NCBI GenBank assembly: GCA_963764035.1
Contig: CAVXQV010000013.1
Span: 634,349 to 698,348, forward strand
Length of the DNA stretch: 64,000 nucleotides
Direction: 5' to 3'
From: an uncultured Verrucomicrobiae bacterium
GTDB taxonomy: Bacteria > Verrucomicrobiota > Verrucomicrobiia > Limisphaerales > UBA11358
Shown here: piece after piece, positions 35,431-46,000 of the stretch
How positions within the stretch are numbered: the stretch's first letter is position 1
Layout of the letters: every line of letters begins with the position of its first letter
The notes under the pieces: generated by a model
What the model was told of the DNA's origin: nothing
The model's database searches: none
The model's input: the letters and a program-made list of their open reading frames with translations, nothing else
Position numbers and translations under genes: made by a program

Positions 35431-36729
35431 TCAGGCGCCCGGCCCGCCGGCCAGCATCCGGATAAATTCCATAAAAGTGCTGCGGACGTCCAGGACGTTG
35501 AAAATCCAGAGCGCCGCCGCCATCGCGATGTAAGGACCGTAAGGCATCCGCGACGACCATTCGCGGCGGCCTCCCAAAACCAGCGGCACATAAACCGCCA
35601 GCCCGATCATGGCGCTGGCGAACAGCGAAAACACCACACCGGGCCAGCCGACGAACGCGCCAATCGCCGCCATGAACTTCACGTCGCCCAAGCCCATTGC
35701 CTCGCGTGGCAGGACAATCCCATCGCTCTCGGCCTCCAAATGCGGCACGTCGTCGGGCTTGAGCTGCTCGTCGCCGATGGTCAGCGCGCCGGGCGAGATT
35801 TTGATGGTCACGTTCTCGTAGCCGCGGTCCACCAGCTCGGCTGTGCGTGCCTGCAACACAATCGTGTCGGTCTTGCGGTAGAAAATTTCCTCGTAGGCAA
35901 TTTCCTTGTCCGGCAGGTGCAGGCAGGTCTCCGTGAAAATGATTCTCGCCCCGCCTGGCCATTTGAACCGCTGGCGGCCGAACATCCATTTCCCCAGCCG
36001 TGAAAATCCATAGACGATTCCCGCGCCGGCCACCGCGCCCAGCACGCCCCGGGAAAGTCCCGACCACATCGCGGACGCGTTTTGAAGCGACGGCAGGAAA
36101 AAGGACGCAATAAGTCCGACGCCGATTCCGCCGAAGGTGATTTCGTCCGGAATGATGAAATGCTCGAAGTCAATGAACGTCGCGCAGATCAATCCGGCGG
36201 CAAACACCGCATATACCAGCGCCAGCGGCATGGAAGGATACTGGTGCGCCGGGTCGCCAAAAGTCTGCCAGGAGGCGAGGAACATCAGGCCGGTCAGAAA
36301 TTCGACCAGGAAGTAACGCGGCGAAATGGGCGTGCCGCAGTTTTTGCACCGGCCGCGCAACGCCAGCCAGGTCACGAGCGGGATGTTCAAATACCAGGGG
36401 ATGGAATATTTGCAGTGCGGACAATGCGACGGCGGCGTGACAATGCTCATTCCCAGTGGTAGCCGGTGGATGCAAACGTTTAGAAAGCTCCCCACGATGC
36501 AGCCAAGCACGAAGAAGCAGAGCGACCAGAAAGGGAAAGGCACCAAAGACCAGTCCGCAGTCCACGGTCGCCAGTCCACAGCCGCCAGCGAAAAGTTGTT
36601 AGTCCACGGTCCACAGTCCACAGTCAATAACGCGATTCCAGCGCTTGACAGGAATCCGCCGCACTGGTCGTGGACGGTGGACTCCAAACTGGGGACTGGA
36701 TTCTGGGGACTGTGGACTGAATGCGTCAT
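35431..36729 (-). CDS. pilD: Prepilin peptidase (start uncertain; heptamer repeats at the N-terminus)
   Basis: GSFLNVCIHRLP, SHCPHC, GRCKNC, IDFEH, MGLGDVK, PYGPY. Confidence 0.92.
   Translation of the reverse strand: MTHSVHSPQNPVPSLESTVHDQCGGFLSSAGIALLTVDCGPWTNNFSLAAVDWRPWTADWSLVPFPFWSLCFFVLGCIVGSFLNVCIHRLPLGMSIVTPPSHCPHCKYSIPWYLNIPLVTWLALRGRCKNCGTPISPRYFLVEFLTGLMFLASWQTFGDPAHQYPSMPLALVYAVFAAGLICATFIDFEHFIIPDEITFGGIGVGLIASFFLPSLQNASAMWSGLSRGVLGAVAGAGIVYGFSRLGKWMFGRQRFKWPGGARIIFTETCLHLPDKEIAYEEIFYRKTDTIVLQARTAELVDRGYENVTIKISPGALTIGDEQLKPDDVPHLEAESDGIVLPREAMGLGDVKFMAAIGAFVGWPGVVFSLFASAMIGLAVYVPLVLGGRREWSSRMPYGPYIAMAAALWIFNVLDVRSTFMEFIRMLAGGPGA
36550..36720. repeat. Inverted clusters of heptamer cagtcca / tggactg, downstream of the four-helix-bundle gene
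   Basis: cagtcca-type units 36550-36626; tggactg-type units 36668-36720. Confidence 0.85.
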
Positions 36730-37112
36730 TTGAATTTCCTCCGGCGCAGGTCGGATTGCTTCAAGTAAGACATGAATCCGGCGAGAAGCCGGCCCACTTC
36801 GTCAGCAGTGCTGTAAAGCCCGTCGAACTGCGTGGAATTGATGTATTGCTGATCCAGCGCGACGTAAAGATGCGATTTCACCTCCCCGCAGGAGCCTTTT
36901 GAGATGGAAAGAAACTGGGTTAATTCCTTGTCCCCGCCGCGGTCGAATCCTTCCGCGACATTGCCCATGATGGAAACCAAGGCGCGTTGAATCTGGTCCC
37001 GTAATCCAAAGTCTTTCGCAAACGCCCCGGTCTTGCAGCGCGCATAAACTTCCCTGGTTAATTCCCGCGCCTTCTGCCATGCCAGGATGTCCTCGAATTT
37101 CTGAATTTTCAT
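36726..37112 (-). CDS. Four helix bundle protein (TIGR02436 / 23S rRNA-IVP / Avd-like family)
   Basis: FEDILAWQKA, DQIQRALVSIMGNVAEGFDR, FLSISKGSCGEVKSHLYVA. Confidence 0.93.
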   Translation of the reverse strand: MKIQKFEDILAWQKARELTREVYARCKTGAFAKDFGLRDQIQRALVSIMGNVAEGFDRGGDKELTQFLSISKGSCGEVKSHLYVALDQQYINSTQFDGLYSTADEVGRLLAGFMSYLKQSDLRRRKFK

Positions 37113-37117
37113 AATCA

Positions 37118-37238
37118 CTCCACAGTCCACGGTTATCCGCCCACAGTCAAGAAAACGATGCTCGACTCAAGACCGACGACTGCGGACTCTGGACTGTGGA
37201 CTTGTGAGTGCCGACTGTGGACTGTGGACTGTGGACTG
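37118..37238. repeat. Inverted clusters of heptamer ccacagt / actgtgg, upstream of the four-helix-bundle gene
   Basis: ccacagtccacgg...ccacagtc 37118-37149; gactgtggactgtggactgtggactga 37179-37238. Confidence 0.88.
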
Positions 37239-38153
37239 ATAAACTTCCGCTTCCAGTGCGCGGCGCATCACGTCCACCGGCGCGGTCTGGCCGGTCCAGA
37301 TCTCAAACGCGGCCGCGCCTTGATGCAGCAACATGCCGAGGCCGTTTGACGTCTTGCAACCCGCCGCCTTCGCCAGCGCCAGCAGCTTTGTCTCCGCCGG
37401 CTTGTAAACCATGTCATACACCGCGCGCGCCTGCCGCAGCGAAAATTGTTTCTCGTCCACCGGCGACGGGTCGCCCGCCTTCAACCCGATCGGCGTGGCG
37501 TTGATCAACAAATCCACCTCGCCCTTCGGGAAACCAATCGTCACATTCACGCGCGGATAGCGCTTGCGGATTTCCTCCGCCACCGCCTCGGCCTTGGCGG
37601 TGACATAATCCGTCAGGAACAATTCGGCCACGCTCTCCATCGCCATCCGCAATGCCGCCACCTGCCCCGCGCCGCCGGTGCCGACCTGCAACACCTTCAA
37701 TCCGGCGAGCTTCAAGCCGAGGTCCTCGCGCAACGCCCGCGCTATACCGTCGGAATCCGTGTTGAACCCTTGCGTCCGGATTTCGCCGGAAACGGATTCG
37801 GTGAAATGGTGCAACGGCTGCCATTGCCCAGCGGCGTCGCGCGCCTCGAACCGGACGGTGTTTACCGCGCCCCAAGTCTTGGACGATTCGTCCAGCGCGT
37901 CCACGATTTGCATCGCGAGCAATTTGTGCGGCACGGTCAGGTTCAGGCCGGAAAATTGCATCGCCCTGGCCCCGGCGATGGCGGCGCGCAGATTGTCCGG
38001 ATGCACTTCAAATGCGAGATAACGCCAGTTCAGGCCGAGCTGGGCGAACGCGGCGTTGTGCATCGCGGGCGACGCGGAGTGCCGGATGGGAAAGCCATAG
38101 ACCGCGCAGAGGCGCGTCGAGGCGTTGATGACGGGTTGAACCGGGTCGGACAT
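37167..38153 (-). CDS. aroE: Shikimate dehydrogenase
   Basis: PIRHSASPAMHN, NLTVPHK, GAVNT, NTD, GTGGAG, NATPIG, GLGMLLHQG. Confidence 0.95.
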   Translation of the reverse strand: MSDPVQPVINASTRLCAVYGFPIRHSASPAMHNAAFAQLGLNWRYLAFEVHPDNLRAAIAGARAMQFSGLNLTVPHKLLAMQIVDALDESSKTWGAVNTVRFEARDAAGQWQPLHHFTESVSGEIRTQGFNTDSDGIARALREDLGLKLAGLKVLQVGTGGAGQVAALRMAMESVAELFLTDYVTAKAEAVAEEIRKRYPRVNVTIGFPKGEVDLLINATPIGLKAGDPSPVDEKQFSLRQARAVYDMVYKPAETKLLALAKAAGCKTSNGLGMLLHQGAAAFEIWTGQTAPVDVMRRALEAEVYQSTVHSPQSALTSPQSRVRSRRS

Positions 38154-38190
38154 GCGGGATTTATATGCAGCCGGCACGCCGGATTAAAGC
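38043..38190. repeat. 148-bp direct repeat, copy 1 (aroE 5' end and upstream sequence)
   Basis: Matches 47612-47759 with scattered substitutions. Confidence 0.95.
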
Positions 38191-38260
38191 TCAAAGTCCG
38201 GTTCAAAGTTGATTTCATTTTGACCCGTCGTGGAATCTGCGCGTCAAATGAATCTTGGAC

Positions 38261-41200
38261 TTACTTGGCCAAACGATAAAAGATCGAATCGGCGTTGGTC
38301 GAAGTCGGAAGTGAAATCTGCCATTGGTTGCTCACCATTTGCGGCGCGGACGAAGTTACACTCAACCAACTGCCCGGCGCGAGGTTTATGGATGATTGCA
38401 ATGTGAAACCACCATACGCCATCGGCCAGGAGAAGGTCAGGTTTGCGTTCGTCAGCGAAATCCCCAGTTCGGGCGCTGGATTGACCGTCACGCTCACGCT
38501 AAAGGTAACGCTGCTGTAGGCGTTCGTGTTCGACGGCGTGAACGTCACGCTCTGCGAAGCCGTGCCGGCAGCGGGAACGATGGGCGGCGTGGTGAAGGCA
38601 AAGCTCCCCGCCACGGAGGCTGCGCCGCCACTCAAGCTGGAACTGGCCAGGGTCTGGCCGTGGGTGATGGCGCTCGCCGTCGGCGCCGTTATGATCGTCG
38701 GCGGCGGCGGCACCAATCTCCGAACCACGACGGCGGTTGTATTGCCGAGACCATTCAGCAGGTTTTCTTGAATCACCATGGTTGAGTTGGTGGCGATGAA
38801 CGTAGCCACTTCATAGTCATTGTTACCCTCGATAATGACCGGGGAAACATCGCTGGCGTCGTTGGGATCCTGATAGTTCACCGTGCGGGCGTTCTCGGGC
38901 AAGCGGTCGTCAATGGCAAACAATTGCGCCGAGTAGGGCGCGCCGACTATCAGGTTGTGTATGGCGATGGTATGATAGCCGCTTGTGCCATCATAAAGAT
39001 AGTTATTCAGCAGGGTATCGAGAGCAGCGTTGCCGGTGCCGCTGAAGTTTGCCCCGCTGCCTGGGCTTCCCGCATTGAGAGCGGATATGGTAACGGCGCT
39101 GCTGTTCGACACAAAGGTGTAATTGGTGCCGCCCGCTGTCACGATGGTCGGCGAGGTCGTTTCCATGTCTTCCGCTTCAAAAAATGTGCCTGGCAACCCA
39201 CCCAGGATTTGCGCCGCCGTCAGATTGCTGATCGTCACCGGGTCGGACCAAGTATAGGTCGGCCGCAACGTCACCGCGCCGGCCTGGACGCTGTTCGGGC
39301 TTTCACCTCCAGGGTTCACTGCGCTTACCACATAGAAATAAATGGTGGCAGCGGCCAGTCCGGTGTCGTTGTAGTTGGTCGCGATTACACCTGTGGCGAT
39401 GACGGCGTAAGGCCCGTTGTTTGTCGTCGAGCGTTTGACGTTGTAACTGGCCGCGTTGGTTACTGTGTTCCAAGCGAGGTTGATCTGGCTGCTGGAAACT
39501 GTGGCCGCGGCAAGCCCGGTTGGCGCCGGCGGCAGCGGCACCGAAGCGCCCGCCAGATAACCATAAAACTGCAGCTCGGCCACGTTGCAGAAGCCGTTGG
39601 CCGGCGAAAGATACCGGATATAACGAAACGCGGATGTGTTGGTGATGTTCACCGACGTGAACGCGCCCGAGGTTGGCTGCGTTGCCACGGTGTATAACGT
39701 GACCGCGTCGCTGAAGTTCGCCTGGTTCGCGCCCTGGAAAATACCGCCCACCATGCGCCCTTCATAGCCCGAACGCGGACAGTAATTGATTTGCGTGATG
39801 GCGTTGCTCACGCTCGCGCCAAAATACAGCCCCAGCCAGTCGCCGTTTCCGTCCGGCCCGTCGAAGAATGTGCTTAGGTCGCCGTCGAATACTTTGGCAA
39901 TGGTGTTGCCTGACCCGCCCCACGAACCCGGCGTGCCGATGACGGTGCCGGTGAGCTGGGGATGATGCACCACAGCTTCGGCACTGTTCGCAGTTTCGCT
40001 GCCGCCGACCACCGCGCTGACCACGTAATAACAATTGGCAATGGCATACGCGCCAAGGTCGGTGTAGTTGGTCGTGGCAACGCCCGTGGCAATGGTCGTA
40101 TAGGGACCGCCGCTGTAGAGCGAGCGTTTGATATTGCAACTCGTGGCGTTGGCCAATGCGTTCCACGTAAGATTGACTTGGCCGCTGGACATCGGCGTCG
40201 CGGTCAAGTTTGTGGGGCCGGCCAACGACGGCCAGCCAGGCGCAGTCACGCTGTCAAACGTCGCCGTGCATAAGCCCCAGTTGTTGCGCGAACTGACAGC
40301 CATTCCAAGATATTCCGCGCCGGTCATGCTGACGGTTGCCGTGCCCAAAAGGATCCAGCTATTGCCATCCGCTGAATAATACCCACTGAAGCTGGTCCCA
40401 TTTTGCACCAGGGACACCCAATAGGGTGCCGTTAAATTCGTCACGTTATTCACGAGGGTTCCAATGGCGCTGTTGGTTAAACGGTAATCAAGCACCAATC
40501 CGATGCCCGGCGTCATGCCAACAAAAACATTGGCCGCGTCGGAGTTCAAACCGCTGCGGATCATCACTCCGGCCTTCGACTCCGGATCAATGTTCTGCAC
40601 GGAAGTGACCCGCGCGACAACCGTGCAGTTCCCGCTGTTGGTCTCATACACAAAACGGAACGTATCTTGAGTCCCGACATCGAAGGACTCCGAGTTGTCA
40701 ATGTCCGCTCCGGCTCCGCTAACGGTGAACACGCCATTGGTGTAACTCTCGTTGCCGACCGCGCCCACCGGACCGAGGTCCTGCGCCATCCACGGCAACG
40801 GCACGTTGGCCGCCGGGGTCGCGCTGGCTACAGCCGAGTTCGTGCTCTGGCTGCCCGGCGTTGTCGCCGTCACCGCGTAGTAATAGGTCGTGCGTCCCGC
40901 CAGATTGCGGTCGGTGTAATTCGTCCCGCTGGCGCTGCCGACGATCGTGTAAGGCCCGCCACTGATGCTGGAGCGCCCGATGTTGTAACTCGCTGTGTTG
41001 CTCGCGGCCTGCCAGTTCAATGCCACCTGCTCAACCCCCGCCGTCGCCGTCAATCCCGTCGGCACGGATGGCGCAAGCAATCCGCCGGTGCAGGTCACGC
41101 CATAAAATGTCCCCATCCCGTTAATTGAGTTGTTATTGTTGCAAAACGCCAGTCCCATGTAGCCCGTGGATCCCATGCTGACGGTCGTGGATCCCAACTG

Positions 41201-43087
41201 CGTCCAGTTTGTTCCATCCACGGAGTAGTAACCCGTCAATGCATTTCCGTTCTGTGCCAGCTTCACCCAATGCATCGTGCCCACGACCGTCACCGAGTTG
41301 GAACTGGTGCCGCCGCCGTCGCTCGAACGGTATTGAAAGGTCATGGTATTGGTCGCCGTCAGACCAATGAAAGCGTTGGCCGCGCTGGCGTCCAAACTGT
41401 CGCGAATCATCACGCCGGCCTGCGCGTTCGGGTTGGTGGTTTGCGGCACAGTCAGTGGCGCGATGATGCTGCAATTGTTGCTGGCGGTTTGATAAACATA
41501 ATGGAACGCGTCAGCCGTGCCCCCGATGCCGTTCCCGGATGCCAGCACCGTGAACATGCCGCCACAATAGACCGCGCCGCCGGCCACGCCCACGGACCCG
41601 ATGTCCTGCTGCTGCCACGGCAACGGAACGTAACCGGCAGGATTGACAATGCCGGATACGCTGCCGGCTCCGCTCCAATTATAGGTTTTCCCGGAAACCA
41701 CGATGCTTCCGCTTTGTCCCAGGTTAAGAGCGGTAAGATTGGTTCCGCTGGCAGTGACGCCATTGACCTTTTGGAGCGTGCCAATCAGATTAAATTCCAG
41801 AGTGCTGTTGGTCCCGCCGCACGCGATGGGGGGATCAATTGTCGGCAAACCCATGACATGCACGTAGGAATCATCACTAAGACCAAACAAGGTTGTATGG
41901 AGTTGACCGGCTTCGTAAATGGTGGCGGGAATGCCATAAAACCGCATCTGACCCCCGAAAAACGTGCCCGTGTTTGTATAGTAGGTGCGGCTGACACTCG
42001 GAGGCCCCCAATGCCCCGTCAGAAAGAGCAGGCTGGTGCTTGGACCGGTTACAGTGCCCGAATTGTTAATGCCTATGTTGCCCCGGTCGCCGTCATTCTC
42101 AAACCACAAGGCATAACCATTGCCACTCGTGCTGACATTGGTAATCGTCCCGCTGTTATAGAGCCAGATGTCGTAGCTCTGAACGCCGTAGTAAAATCCC
42201 TGGGCCTGCCCTTTGGGACTGAAGTTGGCACAGTAGATGAGGCCGGTATTCTTGAACATCACCGGACCGTTTGCCCAGCACGGGAAGACCCGGGCCTGGT
42301 TGGTGGCCGTGGTGGAAGTGGTCATGGCCGTGAGCTGGCCATTGTTCTCGAAATACATGGGAATTCCGACGCCTGAACCCACGCCAATGCAGTCCGCATA
42401 AGATTGATTGGCTGTGATTCCTTGCATGCCCACATCAGCAACCGCCTGGATCGTCCCGTTGTTCACCAGATACACGCTGTTTTGTATGTTGACGGCTCTG
42501 GCCAGAAATTGGGACCTCGCGCTGATCGTCCCACTGTTGATGATGGTGGTTCCCGAGCTGTCCGTCCACACGCCGTCCGCCTCGCCATCGTTGTTCAGCA
42601 CTTCCCCGTCAATCGTGCCCGAATTGGTGATGGTGAGAAATTGCAATGAAAGAATTCCTTCTGCCTGCGCCGCGCCGTAGCCGGAAAGAATGCCTTGAAT
42701 GGTTCCACTGTTATTGATGACGGCCCCATCGCTGCCATCGTCCAGCACGCCCATCGCCCACCAGTAATCCCCCGACATCCATAGCCCCGTAAATGCCAGT
42801 GGACCTGTGTTTGTCGGGCAGGTGGAGGTGCTGTAGATCAGCGATCCGGAATTGTTCAGGGTTGACCGGGTGTTGATCAACGTGTTGCCACTGAAGTGGT
42901 CGTGTTCCCCTGTCCATATATTCCGCTGGATGTTCGTAAATTGCGCCAGCGCGCTTGATGCGGACAGGGCGCAAAGCAATGCCATCAGTCCAGCCCTCCG
43001 AAGAGAGCGTTTCATTGGAATCCACCGGCGGCCCGCTGTTTGAAACGCGGCCTTTCGGTCTGGGGATTTCGTTGCATTTGATTTCAT
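38261..43087 (-). CDS. Large secreted multidomain protein (beta-helix-like N-terminus, beta-sandwich repeats, FN3, discoidin-like domain, C-terminal FYRL domain)
   Basis: 1608-aa intact ORF; INNSGTI-type repeats, PW..QDIG...KAGVMIR modules, PTGLTAT..V.L.W FN3 units, FDGDLSTFFD. Confidence 0.85.
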   Translation of the reverse strand: MKSNATKSPDRKAAFQTAGRRWIPMKRSLRRAGLMALLCALSASSALAQFTNIQRNIWTGEHDHFSGNTLINTRSTLNNSGSLIYSTSTCPTNTGPLAFTGLWMSGDYWWAMGVLDDGSDGAVINNSGTIQGILSGYGAAQAEGILSLQFLTITNSGTIDGEVLNNDGEADGVWTDSSGTTIINSGTISARSQFLARAVNIQNSVYLVNNGTIQAVADVGMQGITANQSYADCIGVGSGVGIPMYFENNGQLTAMTTSTTATNQARVFPCWANGPVMFKNTGLIYCANFSPKGQAQGFYYGVQSYDIWLYNSGTITNVSTSGNGYALWFENDGDRGNIGINNSGTVTGPSTSLLFLTGHWGPPSVSRTYYTNTGTFFGGQMRFYGIPATIYEAGQLHTTLFGLSDDSYVHVMGLPTIDPPIACGGTNSTLEFNLIGTLQKVNGVTASGTNLTALNLGQSGSIVVSGKTYNWSGAGSVSGIVNPAGYVPLPWQQQDIGSVGVAGGAVYCGGMFTVLASGNGIGGTADAFHYVYQTASNNCSIIAPLTVPQTTNPNAQAGVMIRDSLDASAANAFIGLTATNTMTFQYRSSDGGGTSSNSVTVVGTMHWVKLAQNGNALTGYYSVDGTNWTQLGSTTVSMGSTGYMGLAFCNNNNSINGMGTFYGVTCTGGLLAPSVPTGLTATAGVEQVALNWQAASNTASYNIGRSSISGGPYTIVGSASGTNYTDRNLAGRTTYYYAVTATTPGSQSTNSAVASATPAANVPLPWMAQDLGPVGAVGNESYTNGVFTVSGAGADIDNSESFDVGTQDTFRFVYETNSGNCTVVARVTSVQNIDPESKAGVMIRSGLNSDAANVFVGMTPGIGLVLDYRLTNSAIGTLVNNVTNLTAPYWVSLVQNGTSFSGYYSADGNSWILLGTATVSMTGAEYLGMAVSSRNNWGLCTATFDSVTAPGWPSLAGPTNLTATPMSSGQVNLTWNALANATSCNIKRSLYSGGPYTTIATGVATTNYTDLGAYAIANCYYVVSAVVGGSETANSAEAVVHHPQLTGTVIGTPGSWGGSGNTIAKVFDGDLSTFFDGPDGNGDWLGLYFGASVSNAITQINYCPRSGYEGRMVGGIFQGANQANFSDAVTLYTVATQPTSGAFTSVNITNTSAFRYIRYLSPANGFCNVAELQFYGYLAGASVPLPPAPTGLAAATVSSSQINLAWNTVTNAASYNVKRSTTNNGPYAVIATGVIATNYNDTGLAAATIYFYVVSAVNPGGESPNSVQAGAVTLRPTYTWSDPVTISNLTAAQILGGLPGTFFEAEDMETTSPTIVTAGGTNYTFVSNSSAVTISALNAGSPGSGANFSGTGNAALDTLLNNYLYDGTSGYHTIAIHNLIVGAPYSAQLFAIDDRLPENARTVNYQDPNDASDVSPVIIEGNNDYEVATFIATNSTMVIQENLLNGLGNTTAVVVRRLVPPPPTIITAPTASAITHGQTLASSSLSGGAASVAGSFAFTTPPIVPAAGTASQSVTFTPSNTNAYSSVTFSVSVTVNPAPELGISLTNANLTFSWPMAYGGFTLQSSINLAPGSWLSVTSSAPQMVSNQWQISLPTSTNADSIFYRLAK

Positions 43088-43090
43088 GGT

Positions 43091-46000
43091 TTACTTCGCC
43101 AAACGATAAAATATCGCGGCCGCGTTCCCCGACGACGGCAGCAGCACCTGCCACCGGCCGCCGGTGTTTTGCGGCACCGCCGAAGTGACCGTCACCCAAC
43201 TTCCCGGCGCGAGGTTTGTGGACGACTGCAATGTGAAACCGGCGGACCCAACCGGCCACGAGAACACGAAATTCGTGCCTGTCGCCGAGATAATCAGGGG
43301 CGGCTGCGCTTGCGGCATGGCGCTGGCCGGCAAGCTGGCAGCGCTCTCTCCTGCCATGTTCGTGGCAGTCACCACATAGTAGTAGGTGGTGCCATTGATC
43401 AGGCCGGTGTTGGTGTAATTGGTCGTGGTCACGTTCGAAAGAATCAAGTAAGGCCCGCCGTTATTGGTGGCAGATTTCAAATTGTAACTGCTCGCGCCGC
43501 TGACCGTGGCCCAACTCAATGCCACCTGCGCGTTGCCGGCGGCAGCAGTCAAACTGCCGGGCGTGCCGGGCAACAGGGGCCAGACTAAGCCACTCACATT
43601 GTCGAACACGGCCGTGCACAAGCTGGGGTTGTTGTGAGAAGTGACCGCCAGCCCAACATACGTCGTGGTCATGTTGGTCAATGTTGTGCTCCCAACCAGA
43701 GTCCAGCTCGTTCCATTTGCAGAACAGTATCCGGTGAATGTGCTGCCGCTCCTCACCAGCTCAACCCAGTAAGGCGCGCTGCCGCTGGCCGTGGTATTGT
43801 TGCAATTGCCGCCATCGCTGGAGCGGTATTGGAAAGTCACTCCGTTGCCCGGCGTCACCGCAATTAAAGCGTTGGCTGCGCCGGGATTCAAGCTGTCGCG
43901 GATCATGATTCCGGCTTTGGACCACACATTGATGTTTTGCACAGATACGACGCGGGCAACCATGGTGAAATTGACGCTGTTGGTCTTCATATAAACAAAG
44001 CGGAAGGCGTCCGCCGTGTTCCAGATGTCGGCCCCGGACCCGCTCACCGTGAACGTGCCGTTGGCGTAACCGGCGCTGCCCCACACTCCCGCGGCCCCGA
44101 TGTCCTGGGGCATCCAGGGAGGAGGCACCGTGACGGTTGTGGTCGCGCTGGCCTGGGCCGAATTGCCGCTCTCGCCAGCGAGGCTGTTCACCCCCGTGAC
44201 GACGTAGTAATAAGTTGTGCCGTTGCCAACCAGCCGGATGTCGGCATAGTTCGTCGTGGTGGCATTGGCAACGAGAGTGTAAGGCCCGCCGCTGGCGGTG
44301 GACCGATAGACGTTGTAACTGTTGGCGTTGGCGGAAGCCTGCCAGCTTAACGTCACCTGCTCGACACCCCCGGTGGCAACCAAACCGGTTGGCACCGACG
44401 CGGACGCCGGTGTGAAGCCCGGCGCATTCACATTGTCGAACGTCGCCGTGCATAAGTTTGCGGTGGTATGGGCGGTGTCCGCCAAACCGACATACACCGT
44501 GGAGGTCATGGTGATTGTCGCGGTTCCTTGTTGTGTCCAGTTCACGCCGTCTGGCGAACGGTAGCCCGTGAAAGTGCTTCCGCTCCGCACCAGCTTGGCC
44601 CAGTAGGGCGCGCTCAAACCGGAGGTGTTGTTGTAACTGGTGCTGCCGCCGTCACTGGAACGGGATTGCCAGGTCACGCCGTTGCCCGGCGTCACGCCGA
44701 TGAAGGCGTTGGCCGCGCCGGGATTCAAGCTGTCCCGGATCATCACCCCGGCTTTTGACCACGCATTCATGTTTTGAATCGAGGTGACGCGGGCGGTGAT
44801 GGTGAAGTCGGCGCTGTTGGTCGTCACATAAATAAATCGGAAGGCGTCGGCAGTGCTCTGGATGTCCGCCCCGGACCCATAAATCGTGAACGCGCCGTTG
44901 CTGAAGTTTTCGCTGCCGGGCAAATTCACCGCCCCGATGTCTTGCGCCACCCACGGCGACAGCACGTTGGCCGTCGGCGTCGCGCTGGCCGGCGCCGAGT
45001 TCGCGCTTTGGCCGGCGCTATTTACAGCGTTCACCTCATAGTAATTCGTCGTGCCGCCCGGCAGGTCGGTGTCCACAAATCTGGGACCCACCGCGGTGGC
45101 GATTTTCGTGTAAGACCCGCCGCTCGCGGGGGCGCGCAGGACATTGTAATTGGTTGCGTAGCCGCCCTCCTGCCAGGTCAACGTCACCTGCTCGACGCCA
45201 GCCGTCGCCGTCAATCCCGCCGGAGCCGGCGGTGGGGCAATCGGCCATGACGGCGTGCTCACGTTGTCGAACATCGCCGTGCCCAGACTTGTGTTGCCAT
45301 TGTTGCAAAACGCCAGTCCCGGATAAACCATTGAACCCATGCTGATCGTCGCCGCCCCCACCTGCGTCCAGGTTGCGCCATCCGTGGAATAATATCCCGT
45401 GAACGTGCTGCCACTCTGCGTCAGCTCGACCCAGCAAGGCGCGGTCAAGCCGTTCACCAGGTTGGAACTCGTGCCGCCGCCGGTGGTCAAACGGTATTGA
45501 AAAGTCACGCCGCCGGGCGTCAACGCCACGAACGCGTTGGGCGCATTCGAGGCCAGGCTGGACCGGATCATCACGCCGGCCTTGGCCATCGCGTTGGCGC
45601 TCTCCTCCGAACTTACTCGCGCGATGACCGTGCAGTTCCCGACATTGGTTTGCCACAAAAACCGGAACGCGTCGGCCGTGCCCCAAACGTCGTTGCCGGA
45701 TGCGGTCACCGCGAACACGCCGTTGCTGCCCACGGTGTTGGTGTAGGTGCTGCTGCCGACGATGCCCACCGCTCCGACGTCCTGCACCGCCCACGTCGGC
45801 GGCACGTTGGCCGGAATGACGTTGGTTTGAACGAAGGTGGTGATGCTCTGGCCGGGCAGGGTCACGGTAAAACTGCCGCCCGAAACGGCGAAGCTGCCGA
45901 TGTCCGTCATGCTGTTGTTGGTGGAGGTCTGATACCCTTCCAGCAGCGTGGCGTTGCCGTTATGGATGGCGAAGGACTGGCTCACGGAATTGTTGTTGGC

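Noticed and set aside
36726-37112. Diversity-generating retroelement suggested by the Avd-like gene
   Set aside because: No reverse transcriptase in the window, and the direct-repeat pairs do not show adenine-specific TR/VR differences
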